From Nemertoderma westbladi (Eukaryota; Animalia; Xenacoelomorpha): a stretch of 64,000 bases of DNA. The position numbers and the translations under genes were made by a program. Below the pieces are notes generated by a model. It was not told the origin of the DNA. It did not search any database and was given only the letters and a program-made list of their open reading frames with translations. The stretch lies in NCBI GenBank assembly GCA_032718475.1, contig JAUCBJ010000419.1, forward strand, positions 13,340-77,339, given 5' to 3'. Shown here one piece after another: positions 53,965 to 64,000 of this stretch (positions are counted from its first letter, which is position 1; every line of letters starts with the position of its first letter).

Positions 53965-55043
53965 CAGGCCCGTATGGTGATCATAATATCTGGGGGGGGG
54001 GGGGCAGAGGCCAAATCTGGGGGGGGGGGCAAACCCTTAACTGGGTTTGTGGGGGCATATAACAAAGTGAGAGTTAATTGGTACATAAAGTAAAGTCAAT
54101 ATTGTTGAAGAGCGTGTGCCTTGGCGAACTGACACTGTTAAGGAGTATGTCAATAATGGCAAATAGTTGTTGACGTAACGATTTCATTAACGTAACTTTC
54201 AAATAACTTTGTCAGATTTAAAGCTGTCAAATTGAAAATTTGTAGGCATAAAATATGTCCAAAACTTGACATTATTTAGCGACTTTTGACACCAACAGTT
54301 CAGCAGTCTCCCACAAGATGGCTACATGTCTAAGCATTAAATTTCCTCCCATTTCTTTTAATCCGTTTCAGCGGAAACTTGGCAGCATTGTACTAGACCA
54401 TTTGGTGTGTCATTCAATCTTTTTCTGAGGTCTTAAATCGACTGCAGATTTCCATACTGCCTCTAGGTGTAAAGTGATCAAGGGAGATCTGCTTAGATTT
54501 TGCTTAAATTTCTTTCGCGTTGGCACTTACTTAAGTTTATGTCACGTGCTGCGCGAAGGACCCACTTCAGGTATAATATGGTTAAGGTTAAGTTACACCA
54601 AAATATAGATATGGATACCAGCGCAAGCAACCCTCAGCGCCTAGACTTTTAGCTGCAAGCTGGCTCCCAAATTACAGACAAATAGACAATGGGTCAACAA
54701 AAAACAACCCCTATGGTAGCCAATGAGAGAACCTGGAGCTTTCGGGTATTTTTAGTAATTACAGGTAGGTAGGTTAATGTCATGTACAGTAGTATTATAT
54801 AAATGACCAAAATTGGATGGTGGGGAGTCAGGTCAGTGTGTAGACTGTAGAAGTGTGTATCCTATTATAAGTGTATCAATGTGAATCCAATAATATTGAT
54901 CACTGGGGTCAACAGCAACAATATTATTTTTAATTAATTGTGAACAAGACGAGTGAACACGACATGTCTGGGGGGGCAGTGGGACTTGTCTGGGGGGGGG
55001 GGGGGGCAGTGCCCCCAAAGCCCCCCTGAACGATACGGGCCTG
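53965..55043. mobile_element. hAT-like MITE hosting a Helentron-like insert
   Basis: TIR CAGGCCCGTAT/ATACGGGCCTG; 8-bp TSD ACTGACGC/ACTTACGC (1 mismatch). Confidence 0.65.
54105..54572 (-). mobile_element. Short inverted copy of the Helentron-like family at 58710-60278
   Basis: Ends match reverse complements of 58715-58741 and ~60050-60245. Confidence 0.6.
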
Positions 55044-55601
55044 ACTTACGCCCACCTCTAGCTCGTAGGGGTGGGTAAGAGAAACATTCAAGAATTGCAG
55101 CGCCCAACCCCAACTCCTTGGGGCAGAGGGGTATGGGCACTGGGGCAGTAAATCCTCCTAATAATTACTGCGCCCAACCCCACCACCCTCCTGGCTGGGT
55201 GTGGGCGTGGCATGACATGACAAAATTACACACCCCTACGAGATAAGGGGGTATTGGAATCAACGGCGCCCCATATAGGCTCTACTTACAGTACCAGTAC
55301 TCTACTTATAGGCTCTACTTACTTTTGTACGCCGATATTTTGTATTTATTATTTATTTCGTTACCGTAATTTGCTTCCGTCATTATCCTCTGATACTGTG
55401 ATGCGACGCAGGGCGACTGGTCGCGCTTTGGTTGCGGCGTGTAGCACCTGGCACCACTAGCAGGACGAGAATGAATAACATACCGTTTGCGACCAATATC
55501 TGCAATATAGCGGAAAATTCAAAAGTTTTGAGTGAAGATACTTAAAGATGCAATCGCAAATTGTCTGAATAGGTTATTTAATTGATTAATTAATTAGCTT
55601 A

Positions 55602-58600
55602 ATGGATTTGGATAACGTTTGCGCGAAGTACGAACCAATTCCACGCGAGTCAGCGGAATGTCTGTCACCCGAAGACTTCCAAACACGATACTTCCGGAAC
55701 TCTAAGGCCGTCATAATCACCGGAGCGACGGACAACTGGCCGGCCCGGAAGTGGACGATCGACTCGCTAGCGGAGCGGGTCGGCTCCAACGAGGTGTGGG
55801 TGCGAGGCCAGACGAACAGTAGCGAGTACCGAGTAGGTAGGAAATACACGATCCGACGAGACACCTTCGGGGGCTACTGCCGGGACCTCCGTGCCGGTAA
55901 CGCGCGTGCTCGGAGTTCCTACCTCGCCGTCGCATCGATGCAACTCGCGTTCCCGCAGCTCCGGGCCGAGGTACCGGACTCCCTGTACCTTGGAGACGGT
56001 AAGATACACCTCGGCCCCTATCTTTGGGTTGCCTACACCGGACATTACGAGTTCTGTCACTTCGATCCTGATGATAATTTTCTCGCTGTGATCCGCGGTC
56101 GCAAACAGGTTAAGTGTATCAATAGAGTAGGGGGGGGGGGGGGGGGGGGGGGGGGGCTGGACACAATAAAAATTAAGTTCATCCCTCTCCAGGGGAAATT
56201 CGATGCAAATAACAGCTGATTACTCTCAAAAATAAATCTGTAAACTGTTCTATTTTGTTTAGTTTATTGTTTTGGTTAAAATAACGTGCCACTGTAACCT
56301 GCTCCTTTCCCTAAATTGAGAATTTAACATTGAGGCGGGATATTAATTCGCCAAGATCAGTGGCGTCGCGTGGCTAATGTTCGCCCGGGGCAATGTCGAA
56401 ATAATTCGCCCCCTCCCCTCTCTCTCCCACAACCCCCACCCCCGAAATACGAAGTAATTTTTATTGAATATTATTGCACATTGAATATTGTGCATTGTAC
56501 TACCATTATTAATGAAGCCCTATTAATTATACGCTCAGTGGGATACCCCAGGCGTCGAGTCAGACATCCAATAGAATCAACTCACATTCAATATACTGTG
56601 TCTCTCCTTGTCTGTGCCACTAATGAACTGCATACACCCACACCCCATGTTAAATAAATGTTCTGGAATGATTATTTACCCCGCTGCCCCTCCTGTTGAC
56701 TACTAAGGGCCCTCCTATTATGTTTCACTGGCATTCTTATTGTACAATTACAATACATGTTAGCATTCATTGGGATTGGATGGTAGCCCTGCCCACACAT
56801 GGGGCTTCCCCAATCGCCAGCCGGCTACTCCAATTGACAGACAACCAATAGAATCAACACACGTTCACTTTACTGTGTTTCTACTTATTTCTGCCACTAC
56901 GAGCTGATTGATTTACCCCATGTTAAATATATATATATGTTCTTGAATTAATATTTAAGACATGGGTTAGATATAAATAAGGGTAAATCTTTTCGACCTA
57001 CGCGTAGGCCTACGCGTAGCTACGCGTAGCTACGCGTAGCTACGCGTAGTTCGCAACATTGGGTCATATATCACCAGTTTCAGAGTTTTAACAATAACTA
57101 CGCGTAGGTGCTACGCGTAGCTACGCGTAGGTGCTACGCGTAGCTACGCGTAGGTCCTACGCGACCTACGCATAGGTGCTACCCATAACTATGCCTATAC
57201 GTCGTTTATCATTAGTAGGCTTACGTATTCCAAGCGAGTCAGTACTAAAATAAGACACAATACGGTATGTTCAATAAACAACCCACAACCATCAAATGCT
57301 TTCAACAGTAATGTATCCTATACCTGTATACTCTATATAGAGGAATACGCGAAAACTACATAATTCTTCACTTCATGCGTTGCGGGCGGTAAAATGTGTT
57401 AATAATTAATGTTTAGAGTTCAAAAATAGTTTACAAAGGAAATAGGCCGATGGTTCTTATCGATTCTCTATGCTTTTTATTGCCTTTGTTCACGATAGGG
57501 CAACTAGGATATACTGTTTTTAATATGTTAACCCCTTGACAAGGGAAGGGGGAGACTAAATTGTCTATCATGAGACGTGAATTTTAAGTTTACTTTTTAT
57601 TCATCCTCTGTGTTTGTATGTGAAAGAGCCGAATATTATTTATTACCAGTGCTGTATGTAGAGATATGAGTTTCCGATTCTGATATTACATTTGTCTGAT
57701 AATCAGATACCTGACATGTACCGATACTTGCCTAACAACTCAACCCTACCGGACCTGAAATGAAAAATCATTGTTATCAGGACTGCTACGCGTAGCACCT
57801 ACGCGTAGTTTCAAAATACCTACGCGTAGTTCCAAAATAACTACGCGTAGTTTTAAAACACCTACGCGTAGTTGTTAAAAAGGCAGTAAGTCTGGCCCTA
57901 CCGGTAAATGACAGGAATGGAAGTTACAAACTACGCGTAGCTACGCGTAGCTACGCGTAGCTACGCGTAGGCCTACGCGTAGGTCGAAAAGATTTACCCT
58001 ATAAATAACGATCGGTGTAAATCGATGACAATATTGAGTTGATAACTTTTTCCATGCGGTCAACAAAAGGGGGTTTCAACACATAAATGACCTATTTATC
58101 TTAAACATACAGTACAGTACAGTGTTAAAAGCTTGGCTCCGGCTCATTTTTCGCGCCCCCTACGCGACGCCACTGGCACTGGCCAAGATGGGATTTGCAT
58201 CCAGTCCCCCACCCCCCCCCCCCCCCCCCCCCCTTTCTCCAATAGTTAGGCATTAAGTGTATCAATAGTTAAGCATTACGTATATCAATAGTTAGGCATT
58301 ATGTATATAAATAGTTAGGCATTATGTGTATAAAATAGTTAGGCATTATGTTTTTCAATAGTTGGCATTATGTGTATCAATAGTTAGGCATTACGTATAT
58401 CAATAGTTGAACATTAAGTGTATCAATAGTTGGACAATTAGGTGACGTTTAATCCGATTGGTTAATCCATGTTTTTATTTTCTCAATATCTGATTGGTCG
58501 CACCAGTACTGCTGTAAACTGTCCACTGTCTGTATACAGGTATAAGTCCATTACAGCATGGCCTACCGGTACAATAGGCAGAGATAGCAGAATAACCTAC

Positions 58601-61451
58601 TGTAGAGGCTGACAGCTGGAGGTGCGACCAATCAGATATTGAGGAAAAATTCATGGTTCATCCAATCCGATATTGAGAAAAAAGATATTCAAAAAATAAA
58701 TACATAGAAAACACGAAGTGGGGCCTTCGCGCAGCACGTGAAATGAGTTAATGCTAAGTATCAACTCGAAAGGATTATAAAAACATAGGAGAAGATTTTC
58801 CCGGAAAACGTTAACCCTCTAGCGGGAGACTGGGTAACTGAAGAAGGAAGGATTAGTTTCCCTACAAAGCCACATCCTATGGTCTATTACATATCTACCA
58901 AGTTTCCGATTGACGGATCATAAATAACGAAATGTTGGAAGGTTTTCACTTTCATACATTTAGCCCTCTAGCGGCATATTAAAGAACTACGGATCGATCA
59001 CCTTCCTCACAAAGACGAGGCATGTGGTCTAGTACATACCGGTACTGTATATTCCAAAATTCAGCTTAAATAGATTAAGATCAAGGAATTCGCAAAGGTT
59101 ATCACTTTCCTACATTTCGCCCTCTAGCGGCAGACTCGAAAACTCCGGACCGATTACTGTCCACACAAAGACTTAGGATGTCTTCTAGTACATATATGAC
59201 AAGTTTCAGCGTAATCAGATCATAAACAACTAAATGGAAGAATAATTTCACATTCGGGACATTTCGCCCTCTAGCGGCAGACTGGAGAACTGCAGACAGA
59301 TTAGCCTCCTTTGAAATTTACAGCTAATGGTCTAGTACATACTTCCCAAGTTTCAGCTTAAACGGATTAAAAGCAAAGAAATGGGTGGCCATTTAATGTT
59401 TAGACATGTGGCCCTCTAGCGGGAGACTGGAAAACTTCGGACCGATTACAATCCACACAAAGACTCAGGATGTCATCTAGTACATATATGACAAGTTTCA
59501 GCGTAATCAGATCATAAACAACTAAATGGAAGAATAATTTCACATTCGGGACATTTCGCCCTCTAGCGGCAGACTGGAGAACTGCAGACAGATTAGCCTC
59601 CTTTGAAATTTACAGCTAATGGTCTAGTACATACTTCCCAAGTTTCAGCTTAAACGGATTAAAAGCAAAGAAATGGGTGGCCATTTAATGTTTAGACATG
59701 TGGCCCTCTAGCGGGAGACTGGAAAACTTCGGACCGATTACAATCCACACAAAGACTCAGGATGTCATCTAGTACATATATGACAAGTTTCAGCGTAATC
59801 AGATCATAAACAACTAAATGGAAGAATAATTTCACATTCGGGACATTTCGCCCTCTAGCGGCAGACTGGAGAACTGCAGACAGATTAGCCTCCTTTGAAA
59901 TTTACAGCTAATGGTCTAGTACATACTTCCCAAGTTTCAGCTTAAACGGATTAAAAGCAAAGAAATGGGTGGCCATTTAATGTTTAGACATGTGGCCCTC
60001 TAGCGGGAGACCATTGCACTGATGGTGTCTGAAAGTCTCTCAAAAATCTCAACTTTTGCTCATATTGATACCTACAAATTTTCAACTTGGCAGCTTTAAA
60101 TCCGACAAAGTTATTAGCATGTCAAAATCGTAACGACGACGACAACGACGACGACGACAACGACGACGACGACAACGACGACGACGACGACGACGACAAC
60201 TATTTGCATAAATTGACCCACCCCCTAACAGTGTCAATTCGCTAAGGCTCCGCCAACTTCGTGGCTCGCCCCACAAACATTGAGAAAATATATACACTGA
60301 GAAAAAAAACATTGAATATTAATACTAAATGTATGCCACACGTTTCATATTTGCATTTTCATACTTTTAATGAATGAATGAATCCACCTTTCGACGTATC
60401 GTTTTCCTACAATTTATTTTAAAATACAAAAAAATTCATTATAATATCGCCAATGCACATTCCATTACATAAAATGCCTATTATATAACATTTTTATTTC
60501 CACTTCAAACTTTCTAACAATTACAGATATTGGCGCACATTGACCGCAAGGGAAATAAAGTCTCGTTTATTGTTTTGGTTAGAAAACACCGCCACTGTAA
60601 CCTGCTCCTTTGCCTTAATGTTTTAAATTAAATTCATTTTTCAACCCCCCTAAACACACATTTGGTGTTTGCGGTCATTTTGCTCCATTAACTCGTTGGA
60701 CTTTACCGAATTATTATAAATTACTTTACTGTTATTATAATTCTGAATAATTTCAACAGTTTATTGGCATTGTAAATAGTTATTTAAATTGTATATGTTT
60801 ATTTATCACTCACTATATTATTCCATTATATAGGTTCGTTTATTCGGCCACGACCTCGCCAACCTGTACCCAAACCCTATGGGTTCCCACGGCAAAACAA
60901 TCCAATCCCAAGTAAACATCGACTCCCCTGACCTATCGCGATTCCCGTCCTTCCGTAAGGCCGTCTGCCAACACGGTGTTCTAGAACCCGGAGATTTACT
61001 CTTCATTCCCGCCTTCTTCTGGCACCAGGTCACCGCTCTGGACACTGGAATATCGGTGAACATGTTCTACGGTGACGGCGGTGCTAGGAACTACGTAGCC
61101 AAGGTTCTACGCGAACCCTACCTACCCCACTTCCGGTACTGGTTACTCAACATAGTAGAACAGAACCGAAACTGCCAATCATTCCCCCGGCTTCTCTCAC
61201 GACTGCCGGAGGTTTTGTTCCATTTCTTTGTTAAACAGTGGCACGATGAGGCGAGCTCGGAACAGGTCGCCGTTGTATTGGAGATGGTGACGGAACATTT
61301 GGGAGTCTCCCAGCTGCCCCAGGTGGTTAATGCCGCCAAGTTTCCACCCATTCTAAAGATACGCGGGTTACTGCACAGAGACGATACGAAAATAAAAGAG
61401 GGTTGCAAAACAGAGGAGGTGGTTCAAACAGAGGGGGTGGTTCAAGCGTAG
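55602..61451 (+). CDS. JmjC/Cupin_8 2-oxoglutarate hydroxylase (TYW5/KDM8/FIH-like), 374 aa, 2 coding exons
   Basis: Exons 55602-56108 and 60834-61451 (CAG|GTTAAG..TATAG|GTT, phase 0). Motifs NWPARKWT, CHFDPDDNFL (HxD), RGRKQVRLF, LEPGDLLFIPAFFWHQV (distal His), GISVNMF. Confidence 0.92.
56358..58181. mobile_element. hAT-like non-autonomous element
   Basis: TIR CAGTGGCGTCGCGT/ACGCGACGCCACTG; 8-bp TSD GCCAAGAT at 56350-56357 and 58182-58189. Confidence 0.75.
56981..57999. mobile_element. MULE-like non-autonomous element with CTACGCGTAG palindrome repeats
   Basis: ~70-bp perfect TIR GGGTAAATCTTTTCGACCTACGCGTAGGCC(TACGCGTAGC)n; 9-bp TSD TATAAATAA. Confidence 0.88.
58241..58440 (+). repeat. 23-bp minisatellite continuing the JmjC intron 5' end
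   Basis: Unit CATTAAGTGTATCAATAGTTAGG matches the intron start GTTAAGTGTATCAATAG at 56109-56125. Confidence 0.75.
58710..60278 (+). mobile_element. Helentron-associated-like non-autonomous element with ~146-bp satellite (292-bp dimer) and (CGA)n
   Basis: Subterminal inverted repeats CACGAAGTGGGGC / ACTTCGTGG..GCCCCAC, internal tandem array, microsatellite at 60134-60200. Confidence 0.65.
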
Positions 61452-61745
61452 TGGGTGGTTCAAACATAGTGGGTGGTTCAAACATAGTGGGTGGTTCAAT
61501 TAGAGGGAGTGGTTTAACCAGAGGGGGGTGGTTCAAACAGAGGAGGTGGTTCAAACAGAGGAGGTGGTTCAAACAGAGGGGGTGGTTCAAACATAGTGGG
61601 TGGTTCAAACATAGTGGGTGGTTCAAACATAGTGGGTGGTTCAAACATAGTGGGTGGTTCAATTAGAGGGAGTGGTTTAACCAGAGGGGGGTGGTTCAAA
61701 CAGAGGGAGTGGTTAAAATAGAGAGGGGGGGGGGGGGTGTCAAAC
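61410..61745 (+). repeat. 18-bp minisatellite spanning the JmjC stop codon
   Basis: Unit GGTGGTTCAAACA(GAGGG/TAGTG); the first two units encode TEEVVQ TEGVVQ. Confidence 0.85.
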
Positions 61746-61981
61746 ATAAATAATTGTAATTTTATTCCATATAAAATAAGTGCCATTTTCTTATGTTTCT
61801 GATTAATATTAAATAATATTATTGATAGTAACAGGGTTGGCAAGCTGTATTTTTCTAGGTGTTTGTTATTATACATTTATTATAGGAAGGGATATAGGGG
61901 TCTTAACCTCGAACGATAAGTATATTTTACCGAAAATAACTTATCTGTTATTGGCGCAATTGTAGGACTAATCCCATCACA

Positions 61982-63885
61982 TACACGTACACCCTCACGT
62001 ACACGTACACGTACACGTACACGTACACGTACACGTACACGTACACGTACACGTACACGTACACGTACACGTACACGTACACGTACACGTACACGTACAC
62101 GTACACGTTGACGCACACGTACACGTACACGTACACGCTCACGTACACCGTACACGTTCACGTACACGCTCACGTACACGCTCACGTACACGCTCACGTA
62201 CACGTACACGTACACGCTTACGTACACGTACAAGTACACGCTCACGTACACGTACAAGTACACGTACACGCTCGCGTACACGTACAAGTACACGTACACG
62301 TACACATACACGTCCACGTACACATACACGTACACCGTACACGTACAAGTACACGCTCACGTACACAAGTACACGTACACGTTCACGTACACGCTCACGT
62401 ACACGTACACGCTCACGTACACCGTACACGTTCACGTACACGCTCACGTACACGCTCACGTACACGTACACGCTCACGTACACGTACACGTTCACGTACA
62501 CGCTCACGTACACGTACACGTTCACGTACACGTACACGCTCACGTACACGTTCACGTACACGTACACATACACGTACACGTACACATTCACGTACACGTA
62601 CACGTACACGTATACGTACACGTTCACGTACACGTACACGTTCACGTACACGTACACGCTCACGTACACGCTCACGTACACGCTCACGTACACGCTCACG
62701 TACACGTACACGTACACGCTCACGTACACGTACAAGTACACGTACACGTACACGTACACGCTCACGTACACGTACACATACACGCTCACGTTCACGTACA
62801 CGTACACGTTCACGTACACGTTCACGTACACGTAAACTTACACGTACACGTACACGCTCACGTACACGTACACGTTCACGTACACGTTCACGCTCACGTA
62901 CACGTCCACGTACACGTAGACGTACACGTACACGCTCACGTACACGTACACGCTCACGTACACGCTCACGTACACGTTCACGTACACGCTCACGCTCACG
63001 TACACGTTCACGTACACGTTCACGTACACGCTCACGTACACGTACACGCTCACGTACACGTACACGCTCACGTACACGTACACGTACACGCTCACGTACA
63101 CGTTCACGTACACGCTCACGCTCACGTTCACGTACACGTTCACGTACACGTATACGTACACGTACACGCTCACGTACACGTACAAGTACACGTACACGCT
63201 CGCGTACACGTACACGTTCACGTACACGTACACGTTCACATACACGTACACCGTACACGTACACGTACACGTACACGTACAAGTACACGTACACGTACAA
63301 GTTCACGTACACGTACACGCTCACGTACACGTACACCGTACACGTACACGCTCACGTACACGTTCACGTACACCGTACACGTACACCGTACACGTACACG
63401 CTCACGTACACGTACACGCTCACGTACACGTACACGTTCACGTACACGCTCACGCTCACGTTCACGTACACGCTCACGTACACGTACACGTTCACGTACA
63501 CGTTCACGTACACGCTCACGTACACGTTCACGTACACGTACACGCTCACGTACACGTACACGCTCACGTACACGTTCACGTACACGTACACGTACACGTA
63601 CACGTACACGTTCACGTACACGTTCACGTACACGTACACGTTCACGTACACGTACACGCTCACGTACACGCTCACGCTCACGTACACGTTCACGTACACG
63701 TACACGTACACTTACACGTACACGTACACGCTCACGTACACGCTCACGTACACGTACACGTACACGTACACGTACACGCTCACGCTCACGTACACGCTCA
63801 CGCTCACGTACACGTACACGTATACGTACACGTACACGTACACGTTCACGCTCACGTTCACGTTCACGTACACGTTCACGTACGT
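61982..63885. repeat. 1.9-kb (TACACG)n hexamer microsatellite with CTCACG/TTCACG variants
   Basis: Direct periodicity of 6. Confidence 0.97.
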
Positions 63886-64000
63886 GAAACTTGGTGCGTA
63901 ATTCCTGGGGTACCGGCGGAAGACACCTTTACTTTATTTTAATGGGTGGGGGGGGGGGGGGGGGGGGGGTGTTGTACAAAATATACTTTATTTTAATGGG

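Noticed and set aside
62108-63901. 597-aa RT/RS/HV-rich ORF and its antisense ORFs
   Set aside because: Stop-free hexamer microsatellite with no coding signature.

Overview
Intron-containing animal (invertebrate-like) genomic DNA that is rich in repeats. Supported genes: a membrane-anchored TTLL15-like ligase (-, runs off the left edge), an intronless probable mitochondrial membrane protein (+), an 11-exon cytosolic aspartyl-tRNA synthetase DARS1 (-), a TALPID3/KIAA0586-like gene (-) whose ATG is only 95 bp downstream of an intronless DPM2 (operon-like), and a 2-exon JmjC hydroxylase (+). Mobile DNA includes a CR1/L2-group LINE with a 2A motif, RTE and CRE fragments, a tRNA-SINE, nested TIR elements, and a Helentron-like element carrying a CTCF-like motif array. 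Most striking pattern: four unrelated minisatellites each consist of the adjacent exon's 3' end plus its own splice donor, repeated into the intron. The largest is a 12.5-kb array of several hundred AG|GTGAGT donors filling DARS1 intron 5. A tRNA-like Pol III head fused to a hammerhead ribozyme is also present. Exon models and family names were derived by eye and from recalled motifs, with no database search.
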